Counted from the stretch's first letter, positions 8,816-18,910 are shown. The stretch: DNA of 64,000 nt from Candidatus Micrarchaeia archaeon (GCA_046331685.1 JAXLQI010000007.1:1862-65861), one strand, 5' to 3'. The notes: generated by a model from the letters alone, not told the origin. Program-made: numbers and translations.

Positions 8816-8886
8816 TGCGACCGCCGCGATTTGAACGCGGGCCGCGAGATTGGCAACCTCGAATCATACCCCTAGACTACGGTCGC
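8816..8886 (-). tRNA. tRNA-Gly (anticodon GCC)
   Basis: Reverse complement reads GCGACCG-TA...CGAGG-TTGCCAA-TCTCG-CGGC-CCGCG-TTCAAAT-CGCGG-CGGTCGC-A. It has a 7-bp acceptor stem, a 5-bp anticodon stem with a 7-nt loop (U33, GCC, A37), a T-arm with TTCAAAT loop and discriminator A. There is no encoded CCA. The D-arm pairing looks non-canonical in my hand fold. Confidence 0.7.
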
Positions 8887-9010
8887 TGAGTGAATTAGGT
8901 TCAAGTGTTGATTGAAAAGTAATTAAATAATATCGGATTCGGCCGGCGAAACTTACAAAATACCATCAATAAAAACATTTAAAAACTGTTAACGAGATTA
9001 TAGATGACAT

Positions 9011-11821
9011 ATGGCCAGCCTGAGGAAGAGAGGGGAAACGAAGGCGCAGGAGCTAGGGGTCTCCAGCTTCGATACCAGATTGCTTTCACTTAGATCCATC
9101 GCAAGGATATTGGACGCCGAAGGCGGACCGGACCGGCCCGCTGCGAAACCGCCGAACCCCGGGACGGAGAATCGTACCGTCGAGCTCAGCATGGTGGAGA
9201 TCATCGAGCAACCGCCGGCGCGCAGGAGAAGGCCTAAGAAGAAAAATGCCGTGGACGAGGTAGACGAGCTGATCCGGGACCTCGAAGAGAGGCATTCGAC
9301 GAGGCCGCCCCCATCGCTGGCTGAGCCGGTGGCGGCTCCCCAGATTCCGCTCACAGGCGCACGCGGGGAGAACTCGGTGCTGTTCCGGATCAGCAGCGAA
9401 CCAGCTAACCCCGAGTCGAGCATAGTGACTTCGCTCGCCGATCTGCAGCGGCTTGGCAGGGAACTGCGCGCAGAGCCCCCTGAGGTGAAGGCGGCAGCAT
9501 CCGAGAGCAGCGTGGTGACGTCGCTCGCAGAGCTCCAGAAGATAGAGGCAGAGCGTGTCCAGGCCCCCCCGGCCAAGCCAGCGCTGAAGAAGGCCCAGCC
9601 CGAGAGCAGCGTCGTGGAATCGCTGGAAGAGATCCGCAGGATCCACGAGGAGCGCGTCGCGGCCGAGGAGATGGAGCGGATGGCCCGACTCCAGATGGAG
9701 ATGGAAGCGGCCGCCCTCAAGGAGAAGGAGGAAGCCGAGCAGGCCAGGATCCAGGAAGAGGCGGCAGCGCTGATCCGCGAGGAGATGCTCGCGCGTGAAG
9801 TCGACGACCTCCTTGATTCGCTTCCGCCTCCCGGGGAGCATGATGCCAGGTCGACCATTTACAAGCTCAATGAGAAAGAGACCATAATATTCAAGGATGA
9901 TTTCCCGGAAGGGCAGGGCCGCTGGATAATCCCGGTGGACCATGCAGGGGACGCGGACAGCGAAGAGGCGGTGGACCGTATCCTCGCATCCCCGACCATC
10001 GTGCTCGCCGGAAAATCGTATTACATCTGCGAGGAGAGGCACGGGATAGAAAAAGCTGTCCGCGCGGTCAGAAAGGGAGACGCCCTGAGCCTCTCAAATG
10101 AATCGCCTGAAGCATCGGTAGAGATACAGATAGAAGTCGATTTCGGGATCCCGTGGGGGGATGAGCATGTGGAGCACAGGCTCTCGGAAGATGAGCGGGT
10201 GATGTGCGACGACCTGATGCCTGAGCGGAAAGTGCTCTGGCTGGTCCCGGTCCCGCCATCCGGAACGAAGGACAAGGGGGATCTCGAGGTCATAACCCGG
10301 TTCAAGGAAGAGCCGATAGTGAGGATCGCCGGAAAGGCGTATTATGTCTATGAAGGGGAGAGCGGCTACGGCAACGCGCGGAAGATCGCGAGGGTAGGGG
10401 ATACCCTCCAAGTCTGGCCCGTGGCCACCACTGATTACGAGATCCTCGGCGAACCTTCTATGGAGATCAAGAAACCCCTCTCCCAGCCGGCAAGGAAGAG
10501 GAGCGAGTGGCCGGACAGCTTCTACACGCACCAGATGAGCGAGGAGGAGATGGCCGACCACCGGGACCATCTCCCTGAGGGCGCCCCTGTGCTGATATAC
10601 CCCGTGCCCGAGCCAGGGTCTGAGATCAGCCTGGACCGGACAGTGGTGAGGGATCTGGCGGAGAAGCACTCGGCCCAGCGCGTGCTGCTCGGTGGCCGCG
10701 AATATTTCGCATTCCGGATGAGAGAGATAAGCGCATGGAGAGAGATCGCGATAATGTGCCCCCAGACAAGGGTGGCATCACGGCACGGGAGGACGATAAA
10801 CATCTGGGAGGAGAACGGCTCGAGGCTATTCTCGAACACCGCTGCAGGCGGCACGAGCGGGCATACGGGGCCGCCGCTCCCTCCTACCGAGGGCTACGTC
10901 TTCCCTTCCCCGGCGGAGCTGCTCGATCTCGAAGGCCTCTACAACCTGGGGAAGAAATCCAGGTACCTGTATGCCTTGCCCGATGACCTGGGCAAGATGA
11001 ACATCGACAGCTTCAACAGCCTGGTGATGATCGGGGTCAACGAAGCGAAAGAAACCTCCATGTCACCGCTGATATCGATACGCGGCAGATGGTATATGGC
11101 CCTGGAGTATCCGATGGAAGGGGCGAGGAGGACCGAGCTCAGACGGGAGCGCATCTATGTCCACCCGAGCCGCCCGAGCTGGGATGGGAAGCTCGGAGAG
11201 CTCCGGGCCAGGCTGGTCGCCAAGAGGAAGGCAGGCGAACCAGAGGTGGTGCGGCTTCCGCAGGAGCCCAGGGCGCGCCTTGCCGCGATCAGGATGTTCA
11301 AGGAGGGCGAGGCCAGGTTTGTCATCCATGTCGAACCGGGGATGGAGAAGGCGGTCCCTGAATCCCAGAGGTTCCAGACCGTGGACGGAGAGACTGTCTC
11401 GACATGGAGGGTCGTCGAAGAAGACATCCCCGGGCATGCCATAGCGGTCATGAGGAGAGGGGAGGACATATTCCCGATAGAGCAGAGGGCCGAGTCGGTC
11501 AGAGCGCCGCCACGGCGCTCCACGATGGCCTACGGCACCAAGATCAGGGCTCCTGAAGAAGCATCTGAAGCGGCGATCGAGGTCACTAGCGGCCAGATCA
11601 TAGTCGAACCGGCAGGAAACGGGCCGCCAAGAAGCGAGGACAAGGAAGTGACAGAGGTCACCACCGGCCAGATCATCCTCGAACCCATAGGCAAGGGCCC
11701 CCTGCCCTCCAACGAGGGGGGGAGAACGATCGAAGAGGCGCTGATCCAGGTCACGACAGGCGACCTCCTGGTAGAGCCCCAAGGCCCTGGCGCAGGCGGG
11801 AAGAAAGGCAAGCCGTCCTGA
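9011..11821 (+). CDS. Large (936 aa) repeat-rich hypothetical protein
   Basis: N-terminal E/A-rich coiled region with three ~30-aa repeats (ESS[IV]V[TE]SL[AE][DE][LI]...). Then four ~110-aa domains each ending (P)IVR[IL]AGK[AS]YY[VI]xE, plus variants VLLGGREYFAFR and ISIRGRWYMALE. C-terminus has three VT[ST]GQII[VL]EPxGxGP repeats. Confidence 0.5.
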   Translation: MASLRKRGETKAQELGVSSFDTRLLSLRSIARILDAEGGPDRPAAKPPNPGTENRTVELSMVEIIEQPPARRRRPKKKNAVDEVDELIRDLEERHSTRPPPSLAEPVAAPQIPLTGARGENSVLFRISSEPANPESSIVTSLADLQRLGRELRAEPPEVKAAASESSVVTSLAELQKIEAERVQAPPAKPALKKAQPESSVVESLEEIRRIHEERVAAEEMERMARLQMEMEAAALKEKEEAEQARIQEEAAALIREEMLAREVDDLLDSLPPPGEHDARSTIYKLNEKETIIFKDDFPEGQGRWIIPVDHAGDADSEEAVDRILASPTIVLAGKSYYICEERHGIEKAVRAVRKGDALSLSNESPEASVEIQIEVDFGIPWGDEHVEHRLSEDERVMCDDLMPERKVLWLVPVPPSGTKDKGDLEVITRFKEEPIVRIAGKAYYVYEGESGYGNARKIARVGDTLQVWPVATTDYEILGEPSMEIKKPLSQPARKRSEWPDSFYTHQMSEEEMADHRDHLPEGAPVLIYPVPEPGSEISLDRTVVRDLAEKHSAQRVLLGGREYFAFRMREISAWREIAIMCPQTRVASRHGRTINIWEENGSRLFSNTAAGGTSGHTGPPLPPTEGYVFPSPAELLDLEGLYNLGKKSRYLYALPDDLGKMNIDSFNSLVMIGVNEAKETSMSPLISIRGRWYMALEYPMEGARRTELRRERIYVHPSRPSWDGKLGELRARLVAKRKAGEPEVVRLPQEPRARLAAIRMFKEGEARFVIHVEPGMEKAVPESQRFQTVDGETVSTWRVVEEDIPGHAIAVMRRGEDIFPIEQRAESVRAPPRRSTMAYGTKIRAPEEASEAAIEVTSGQIIVEPAGNGPPRSEDKEVTEVTTGQIILEPIGKGPLPSNEGGRTIEEALIQVTTGDLLVEPQGPGAGGKKGKPS

Positions 11822-11844
11822 AACAACGGAAATGCCCTATCGTC

Positions 11845-13041
11845 TTGTTTTTATATCCTGAAAGCCTAATCAGTGCCATGGGAATGGGCAAGGGCGCTTA
11901 CCTGAAAAAAATCACCGACGGGGTGCACAGGTGGCGCACGATCGAGGTCGGGGAAACGCTCGAAGGAAGCTCCCCGCCATCAGTTTTCATAGGGAAGTCC
12001 GGATACCCGAAGGTATACGCAGGACCGATGCTGAGCATGGATCCCGGGGACAGCTTCGTGATGGACGCCCCGGAGCAATGGATACCCGGGAACATGAAGC
12101 AGGAGGACATCATCCGCTTCAGGCTGGACCTTGTCCGGGGAAAGCAGCTCGTAGGGATCAAGGAGACCGACAACCGGCTCGTCAAGAAGCTGCAGGAGAT
12201 CTCCCTCGCAGCCGAATCCGTCGAAAGCGAAGCGAAATTCAGGCACAAGCCGCGGGGATTCTCGTTCGACGAGGAGCATACGCCCTTCGGGCCGAGCGCT
12301 GGCCTGGAGAGGTTCGATATCGGGAATGTCCGGTGGGACCGCCATCTGCAGAAAGCGCATTATGACACGGACTTCAAGGCGGCAGATGCAATCGCCGAGG
12401 TTTACGAAGAGGGGGTCCTTTTCTCGCAGATCCAGAAAGCGCTCTCCACAGGGAGCCTCGGGCTCGGCAGGAACCGGAAGCTGGTGCCGACGAGGTGGTC
12501 CATAACGGCCGTGGACACAACCCTCGCTAACCATCTCTATGAGAGGGTCATCTATAACGAGCTGATCGATTCCTACCGTGTCCACGAATTCTCGAGCCTC
12601 AACAATTATTATGCCGTGATACTGACCCCCACCCCCTGGCAGTACGAGTGGATAGAGGCGTTCATACATATCCTCGGAAAGGAGGAGATGGTATTCGGGG
12701 ATCATGAGCATGAGAGGGGGAAAAGCGGATATTCGAGCGTAGGCGGATGCTACTACAGCTGCAAGTTCGCCGTGCTCGAGGCCCTCGAGCGGATGGGGAA
12801 GCAGGCCGGGGCGATCGTCCTCCGCGAGGCGTATGAGGGATATGTGCCCCTGGGGGTGTTCAATGTCCGCGAGAACGTCCGCAACGCGATGCGCCAGCCG
12901 CATCATGAGTTCGGCTCTTTCCGGAGCGCCCTCAATTTCGTGTCGGCCAGGCTCCGACTGCCTATTTCAAGATTTGTAGAGCAGGGCGTGCTCCTCCGCG
13001 AGATGCTGTCGCACAGGCAGACGACGCTCGCTGAAGCATGA
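11845..13041 (+). CDS. Nre-family (archaeal DNA-repair-associated, DUF650/651-like) protein
   Basis: ~390 aa. PPSVFIGKSGYPKVYAGPM and the C-terminal GCYYSCKF region resemble my memory of archaeal Nre N/C domains. Assignment is tentative. Confidence 0.35.
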   Translation: MFLYPESLISAMGMGKGAYLKKITDGVHRWRTIEVGETLEGSSPPSVFIGKSGYPKVYAGPMLSMDPGDSFVMDAPEQWIPGNMKQEDIIRFRLDLVRGKQLVGIKETDNRLVKKLQEISLAAESVESEAKFRHKPRGFSFDEEHTPFGPSAGLERFDIGNVRWDRHLQKAHYDTDFKAADAIAEVYEEGVLFSQIQKALSTGSLGLGRNRKLVPTRWSITAVDTTLANHLYERVIYNELIDSYRVHEFSSLNNYYAVILTPTPWQYEWIEAFIHILGKEEMVFGDHEHERGKSGYSSVGGCYYSCKFAVLEALERMGKQAGAIVLREAYEGYVPLGVFNVRENVRNAMRQPHHEFGSFRSALNFVSARLRLPISRFVEQGVLLREMLSHRQTTLAEA

Positions 13042-14107
13042 TCTCCTTCAGATGAGCGGGGCCGAGGATTCTGGCCCCGGCCGGCTCGGCGTTCTTCAGG
13101 CGCGAGCGGCGCAGGAAAGCAGCGACGTTGGCTTGCGTAGGCATCTCGTCATCCGCCAGCCTTTTCGCAGCGGCCGCGTTCCCGTAGAAGGCTGCGAGGC
13201 GGGCGTCTCCGGTGGCATCGTATGCCGCCATGAACGCCCCGGCGTGGGTATCGCCCGCGTTTGTCCTCCTGCGCAAGGATATGTCGAGGCAGGGGACGGC
13301 CCAACGATCCTTTTGCCCTGGCTCGAAGACGGCCGTGAAAGACATGGTATGGAGGAGGACCTTCACCATCCCGCCTATCCTCGCTCCCAGGATGTCCGCG
13401 AGCATAGGCCCGCGGTCCATCAAGGAATGGCCGTGAACGCCGAACTCGTCGCAGAGATTGTTCATCTCGGTCTCATTCGCTGCGATCACCAGATCCCTAA
13501 GACGCCTTTCGGCAGCGGGGCCGCAGATACGGCTCATCATCATCTTCTCCCGCCGGGGATATCCGTATCCGCTGTCGAGGAAGATCCGGCTGGCCAGATC
13601 CATCATCGGGATCGTGATATTCTCGTAGAAAGAGCATGAGGCGATCCAGTCTGATTTCGAGAGGCCGAGGCCCCCGACCATCCTTGCAAGCGCTTTCATG
13701 TCAGCGACAGACGAGGAGCTGTCGTGGAAGAGGATGTTCATGTCCTCGAGTTCCAGGATCGTGTTGCGCCGCGGACTTGTCTGGACAGAATGCACCGGGA
13801 GCCTGATCCCTTCGGCCTTCTTGATGCGGTCGACAAGGCACCTCGCGCAGCGGTCCATGAATCCGGCGAAGACTATGCCGGGGAAGCCGAGGGACGAGGC
13901 CGTGAGGGCGAAATTTATCCCGCCCCCTCCGATCCGTTCCTGCTTCGGACCATGGAACCGCTGCTCGCCAAGCTCGAGCTTCTCCTTGTACTGGGCTAGG
14001 GTGAGGGGGACCTGGTAGGCGACATCGACCACGGCATTGTGCACAGAAACGATACGGTTGGAACCGCCGCGGACAATCGCCCCGATATCTGAGAAAAGGT
14101 CGTCCAT
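12962..14107 (-). CDS. PfkB-family carbohydrate/nucleoside kinase
   Basis: N-terminal GGGGINFA and C-terminal TNAGDTHAGAF (DTxGAGD-type) PfkB signatures. The 3' end overlaps the Nre-like gene convergently. Confidence 0.7.
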   Translation of the reverse strand: MDDLFSDIGAIVRGGSNRIVSVHNAVVDVAYQVPLTLAQYKEKLELGEQRFHGPKQERIGGGGINFALTASSLGFPGIVFAGFMDRCARCLVDRIKKAEGIRLPVHSVQTSPRRNTILELEDMNILFHDSSSSVADMKALARMVGGLGLSKSDWIASCSFYENITIPMMDLASRIFLDSGYGYPRREKMMMSRICGPAAERRLRDLVIAANETEMNNLCDEFGVHGHSLMDRGPMLADILGARIGGMVKVLLHTMSFTAVFEPGQKDRWAVPCLDISLRRRTNAGDTHAGAFMAAYDATGDARLAAFYGNAAAAKRLADDEMPTQANVAAFLRRSRLKNAEPAGARILGPAHLKEIMLQRASSACATASRGGARPALQILK

Positions 14108-14222
14108 GCCAGGTGTTCCAGAACAATGGTTTTAATGGTTCGCTAGGGGCCGCATCCGATTACGCCGATCGCCGCATTCCGCATAAAGCAATTTTAAATT
14201 GTTGGGCAGAAAAAAGAGTTGT

Positions 14223-15824
14223 ATGGCGGGAGCGGCAGAAAGGATATCGGCCAGTTCTATTACTGCGACTTCGTCCAGGCCGGCCCACAACCCGGTCCGC
14301 AATTACCGGCCCTCTTTCGAGAGCATAATCCTCTCCCCGTCAGGCGGAAGCGCAGCAGTGCCCGAAAAACTGGCCGGGGCCCTCGAACACCTGAATTCGT
14401 CTGCGAAGGAAAAAGGGGTCGAGCGCGAGGTGAACCACGTCCTACGCGTATACGCCCGGGATGTCAAGAACGACATAGTGCTCCTCACGATCAAGCGGCT
14501 CGCAGACCTCGTCGACGACCTTCCGAGCGACAGGCTCAGGACCAGGCTCTCCGAGATCCCTCAGCTGATGCGGCAGTTCCCGGAGCTCGCAGACACTGTG
14601 CCGGAGCTGGTCCACAAGACCGAGATGGTCCTTGGCGGGAAGGGGATAACTGTGGATGCGATGCGCAAGATGATCGGCAGGGTGGCCACGAAATCAAACA
14701 GCTTCTGCCCGGTGGAACTTTTCACGACGATGAAGATGGATTACGAGAGCGGGAGCTTCGACAACATCGAGGGGATCGCAGAAGCCCGGGGCGCAGCTCC
14801 GCAGACAGCCACCCTCCCCCAGCCGGTGGCCGCATCCGAGTTCGGGCAGGCCGCCCTGCAGCCTGTCAATGAAAGCCCCCAGCCGTATATGCCCCCGGCC
14901 CAGATCTGGACAGACGACATGAAAAGGAAAGTGGATGAGATAGTCTCAGCCCCGGACCCTGAGATCGTCCGGTCGATAACCGGGCAGACGGCCGATGAGC
15001 GCCCGAAGGACCGGGCCGAGAACCCCCTGCTCACGAAGGCTGCGGCGATTCCGCCGGAGCGGCGGATTCCGCCTCAGCACCTGAAGACTCCCCAGGCCAA
15101 CGCGCCGGCAGAAAAGCCGGACAAGGCCGATGATCCGCGACCGCCGAAGACGGCAGACGGACTTGCGCGGAAGGCTGGAAAGCAGATGAGGGAGAAACAG
15201 GAAGGCCGGCATTCGATAGCTAGCGATAGGATCCCGGAAAAGGCGCCCGAGGCCAAACGGCTGACAGCACCGGAACCGGCAGCGAAGAAGGCTGAGCCGC
15301 AGTCCCGCTCCGGCAGCCTGCGACCGATAAAAAACAAGCGCGTCGGATCGCAGCCGATAATCGCAATCCCCCAAAGGAAAACGCGCCTCAAAGAGGATGG
15401 TCCGGCAAGGAAACCAATGGCTGCGAGGGGCCCTGCTCTCTTCGCTGCGCTGAAGAGGATCAAACTGCCGGCGGGCAAGGCTTCCCCGAAGAAAGATGCG
15501 AGGAAACCCGCGCCGAAGAAATTCAGGGCTGACGTACCGAAAAGGAAAGAAGGCAAGAAGAAGGCCCGTGAGACCGAGAAGAGGAAGCGGGTGCCTGCCG
15601 AAACTCCGGAGCGGAAGTCCCCGAAGGCCAGAAAAAGGAACCGCAAGGATCATGCTCCGGCGACCATCTTCGCCCCGAAAAGACCGATCGGGAGGATCTC
15701 CTGCTTCCCGAGGATTATGGAACCTGAGAGGATCAAGAACGTCAATACAGGGGCGAGAAGGGCGCAACAGAGGAAGGCCCCGGCCTGGAAGAAGGCGTTT
15801 CCGGTCTGGAGAAACGCTTTTTAA
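14223..15824 (+). CDS. Hypothetical protein with long K/R/P/A-rich basic C-terminal tail
   Basis: ATG at 14223 (MAGAAERIS), with AATTTTAAATT about 30 nt upstream. The last ~250 aa are AKP-rich (KKAEPQ...PKKDARKPAPKKFRADVPKRKEGKKKARETEKRKR). Confidence 0.45.
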   Translation: MAGAAERISASSITATSSRPAHNPVRNYRPSFESIILSPSGGSAAVPEKLAGALEHLNSSAKEKGVEREVNHVLRVYARDVKNDIVLLTIKRLADLVDDLPSDRLRTRLSEIPQLMRQFPELADTVPELVHKTEMVLGGKGITVDAMRKMIGRVATKSNSFCPVELFTTMKMDYESGSFDNIEGIAEARGAAPQTATLPQPVAASEFGQAALQPVNESPQPYMPPAQIWTDDMKRKVDEIVSAPDPEIVRSITGQTADERPKDRAENPLLTKAAAIPPERRIPPQHLKTPQANAPAEKPDKADDPRPPKTADGLARKAGKQMREKQEGRHSIASDRIPEKAPEAKRLTAPEPAAKKAEPQSRSGSLRPIKNKRVGSQPIIAIPQRKTRLKEDGPARKPMAARGPALFAALKRIKLPAGKASPKKDARKPAPKKFRADVPKRKEGKKKARETEKRKRVPAETPERKSPKARKRNRKDHAPATIFAPKRPIGRISCFPRIMEPERIKNVNTGARRAQQRKAPAWKKAFPVWRNAF

Positions 15825-15847
15825 GCTTGTTTTTCATTCTTTCTCCC

Positions 15848-17128
15848 ATGAAATACCGCTATGCTCTGATATTTCTCATCCTACTTCAGCTCAGCGCTGT
15901 GATTTTCCCAGCCTGCGTGGGGTATAGCGATTCGTTCACTGTCCGTGTCCTCGATGCGAAGCAAAGGCCCATAGAAGGGGCAGAGGTCTGGGTGAAATAC
16001 GACCGCGGAGCTTCATTCGGCCCCCAGTATTTCACCACGCCGATCAACAAGACAGGCCCGGACGGGACCATCCATTACCAGCTCCTCAACCAGGGGACGA
16101 ACACACGGACCATAGACTGCGCCATAACCATAAACGGCTCGATAGGGGGCCAGAGCAAGAAAGTGGTCGTCAACGCGCTCGAGCACGGCCCAATCGTGGA
16201 TGTCAAGCTCGACAACGTATATCCGGTGAATTTCTTCGTCCGGGACCAGTTCAAGGCGCCCCTCCCGGGGGCTTCGGTCACCCTTGGAAACAAGACCAAC
16301 AGGACAGACAGCTTCGGCCGGGTGAAGTATTTCTTCAGCGTCGGAAGCTATGATTATTTCGCGAGCTACAAGGATGCGAAGCAGCCGGGCACCCTCAATA
16401 TCTCCAATGACACCGAATACGAAGTGATATTCCCGTACTACAAGGTGAGGGTAGAGGTCACGGACGATTTCGGCGAGCCTCTCCCGGTTATACTCACGAT
16501 TTTCAACACATCCAACACCCTCGACACGGGGGTCTTCGAAAGCGATAAGACATTCGGGGAGTCCGTGCCCTATACCGTCGATTACAAGGGCAACATCAAC
16601 GAGAGCACCATCATCCCTTCGGTCGACCCGATAGTCAAGATCATATATGATATCCATTCCCCGGTCATCGGGAACATACAGTCGAGCATGCAGAACAGCC
16701 GTGCAAAGCTCTCATTCCCGGTGTCCGACCCCGGCAGGTTCCCGAGCGGGGTGGATGTCTCGAGCGTCAAGGTGTCATATAAGCTCGAGCCGTCCGACGC
16801 CACTACGCCCTGGAACCAGGCGGTCACATTCACCACGGGCAGGAGCACATACACCGCCGAGTTCCCGGAACTCCCCAAGAACAGCATCGTCAGGTTCAGG
16901 GTGGAGCTGAAGGACAAGGCCGGGAACCGGGCGGAGATAGAGGGGAAGTTTTCGACATTCAGCGAAGCCAACCCTGAGAACCAGACCAATAACACGCAAA
17001 ACCAGACAAATCCACAACCCGGGCAAAACGATAGTCAGGGAATACCACTAATATACATACTGGTTGGTGTAATTGTTGTGATTTTGGTGGTTTTTGTAGT
17101 AATTCGCATAAAAACAAAAGCAGGGTGA
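15848..17128 (+). CDS. Secreted N-glycosylated cell-surface protein with C-terminal TM anchor
   Basis: Signal peptide MKYRYALIFLILLQLSAVIFPA. More than 15 NxS/T sequons. C-terminal N/Q/T-rich linker then IPLIYILVGVIVVILVVFVVIRIKTK. Confidence 0.5.
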   Translation: MKYRYALIFLILLQLSAVIFPACVGYSDSFTVRVLDAKQRPIEGAEVWVKYDRGASFGPQYFTTPINKTGPDGTIHYQLLNQGTNTRTIDCAITINGSIGGQSKKVVVNALEHGPIVDVKLDNVYPVNFFVRDQFKAPLPGASVTLGNKTNRTDSFGRVKYFFSVGSYDYFASYKDAKQPGTLNISNDTEYEVIFPYYKVRVEVTDDFGEPLPVILTIFNTSNTLDTGVFESDKTFGESVPYTVDYKGNINESTIIPSVDPIVKIIYDIHSPVIGNIQSSMQNSRAKLSFPVSDPGRFPSGVDVSSVKVSYKLEPSDATTPWNQAVTFTTGRSTYTAEFPELPKNSIVRFRVELKDKAGNRAEIEGKFSTFSEANPENQTNNTQNQTNPQPGQNDSQGIPLIYILVGVIVVILVVFVVIRIKTKAG

Positions 17129-17215
17129 GGTTTTAAAAGAGAGTTATCTTTATAAATTGTGTGTTTTATAATTATAATCACTCAAATGCATAAACTGTAA
17201 TAATATTAGTCTAAG

Positions 17216-17956
17216 GTGGTAAAGATGCCTCGAGGAAAGAAAATCATCATTGAAACGGAGATAAGCGACGACTTCGTAGACAAGTTCCGGTCCATCGATC
17301 TTGACGAGATAAAGAAGGAGCGGGACCGCACTGAGAAGGGCCTTTCGAGCTCGGTCTCAAACGTATTCAAAGTAGCGCAGAACCTTTACCGCCAGAAAGC
17401 GAGCGAGGAGGAACTCGAGGGGAAGCACGAACTTTTCTCAGTCCGCTCGGCGTACGATTACCTGAAAGGCAGCGGAGTGTTCATATCCTTCAGGGCCTTC
17501 GGCGGGAGGATAGAGAGGGGCACCATACCGTTCGTCAAGGTCGGCAGGAAGAGGTACATACCCAAGAGCGTGCTCGACGACATCACGAACACCAAGAGCG
17601 AGTTCTACACCGTGAAGGAAGCGTTCGAGGAGTACAAGAAATCCAACCAGAAGATCAACTTCAGGGCCTTCATAGGGAGGATCGAGAAAGGATCCATCCC
17701 GTCGGTCAAATTCGGCACCAGGAGGCTGGTCCCGAAGGACGCCGTCGATGCCCTCACCCACATCAGCTCCAACTACTACTCCGTGAGCCAGGCGATAAAA
17801 GAGCTCCACAAGACAGGCATCAGGATCAAGAGGAATGCATTCGAGAGGCGCCTGGACCGCGGAAGGATCCCGCACGTCAAGATCGGCGGCAGGAGATTCA
17901 TCCACGAGGAAGTGATGCGCGAGCTGACCGAGAAGGAATCGGCGCTCCGCAAGTGA
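17216..17956 (+). CDS. DNA-binding protein made of three tandem excisionase/MerR-type HTH repeats
   Basis: Three ~55-aa repeats: ...ISFRAFGGRIERGTIPFVKVGRKRYIPKSVLDDI; ...INFRAFIGRIEKGSIPSVKFGTRRLVPKDAVDAL; ...IKRNAFERRLDRGRIPHVKIGGRRFIHEEVMREL. They match the Xis-family 'G.IP..K.G.R..IP' HTH pattern. The gene is flanked by AT-rich promoter-like islands. Confidence 0.55.
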   Translation: MVKMPRGKKIIIETEISDDFVDKFRSIDLDEIKKERDRTEKGLSSSVSNVFKVAQNLYRQKASEEELEGKHELFSVRSAYDYLKGSGVFISFRAFGGRIERGTIPFVKVGRKRYIPKSVLDDITNTKSEFYTVKEAFEEYKKSNQKINFRAFIGRIEKGSIPSVKFGTRRLVPKDAVDALTHISSNYYSVSQAIKELHKTGIRIKRNAFERRLDRGRIPHVKIGGRRFIHEEVMRELTEKESALRK

Positions 17957-18044
17957 TTTTTTCCTAATATCTATCCTTATTTTCCACTTCCAGGCCATCG
18001 CCGCCAGATAGCTTTATAAGTTGTAATAGGTATAAATATATGTA

Positions 18045-18623
18045 GTGATTACCTTGACAAGCGGCAGCAAGTTTTCCAAACCCGAGGGCGCATACCTCAC
18101 AAGGCACAAGATAAAGCCGTTCCTCGCCGGCCTCCTGGAAGGCTCCCCACTGGTGGAGGTCGCCATCGAAGGCCTGAAAAGGCCCATCGCTGACGACCTG
18201 CGCAGGGAATACGAACTGAGGGTGGCCAGACACGGAAACACCGAGCAGATACATGCCGCCATGCTGGCCGGCTGCAGCAATGAATCGCAGGACATGCTGG
18301 CCGCGGCTTTCGAGCATAAGTACAATCTGAGGATGAACAGCGAACACGAGAGGGCTTATACCTCCGAGTCCGGGATGCACGCTTCCGTGGTGCTGGAGAT
18401 ATCCGACCGCTACAAGAAGCATACGCTCGGCCAGATAGTCCGGCTGCTGAAAAGCGGCAAGGTCAGCGCAGACAAGGCCCAGATGACTTTCGCATCGATG
18501 ATATTCGCAGAGGGGAGCGCCGAGCAGGCAAGCGAGCTGCTCACAAGCGGGAAAGTCAGCTCGATGTTCGCAAGGCACGTATTGAGGTTCAAGCTCGGGG
18601 AGCACGGGGGGTATGACGCATGA
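18045..18623 (+). CDS. Hypothetical protein
   Basis: 192-aa ORF after an AT-rich island containing TATAAATATAT. No motif recognised. Confidence 0.35.
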   Translation: MITLTSGSKFSKPEGAYLTRHKIKPFLAGLLEGSPLVEVAIEGLKRPIADDLRREYELRVARHGNTEQIHAAMLAGCSNESQDMLAAAFEHKYNLRMNSEHERAYTSESGMHASVVLEISDRYKKHTLGQIVRLLKSGKVSADKAQMTFASMIFAEGSAEQASELLTSGKVSSMFARHVLRFKLGEHGGYDA

Positions 18624-18910
18624 CGAAACAGAGCCCTGTATATCCGTTCCGGGAGAAAGCGATGGTGTTCTGCCGCGCGACGCTCAAAGGCCGCGACCCG
18701 CTGCTTGAAGTCGCGCTTGTCGGCCTGTCAAAGGACGGGATCGATGAGAGGGCAAAGGAGCGTTATACCGAGAAAGTCCTGATATCGGGATGGCTAGACA
18801 TGTTCGCGAGGAAGGGGAAGGGCATGTTCACAAGGCTCGCCCAGGACATATGCATCAGCGATGTGAAGTCGCAGCCGGAAAAGGCGCCGGTATTCGTCTT
18901 CGATGAGTGA
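18620..18910 (+). CDS. Hypothetical small protein
   Basis: 96 aa. ATGA overlap with the preceding gene. Confidence 0.3.
   Translation: MTKQSPVYPFREKAMVFCRATLKGRDPLLEVALVGLSKDGIDERAKERYTEKVLISGWLDMFARKGKGMFTRLAQDICISDVKSQPEKAPVFVFDE

Noticed and set aside
8133-8867. 244-aa minus-strand ORF overlapping the 8124..8747 gene and the tRNA
   Set aside because: Arg/Pro/Gly-rich composition, overlaps a tRNA, and has no start context; the plus-strand frame has a TATA-like element and protein-like composition.
8816-8886. tRNA-Gly as attachment site of an integrated element
   Set aside because: No integrase/recombinase or direct repeat of the tRNA 3' end detected within the window; flanking genes look chromosomal.
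14946-15767. 273-aa minus-strand ORF antisense to the basic-tail gene
   Set aside because: Arg/Leu/Pro-rich mirror image of the K/R/P-coding strand; the plus frame is longer and has a promoter-like element and start.
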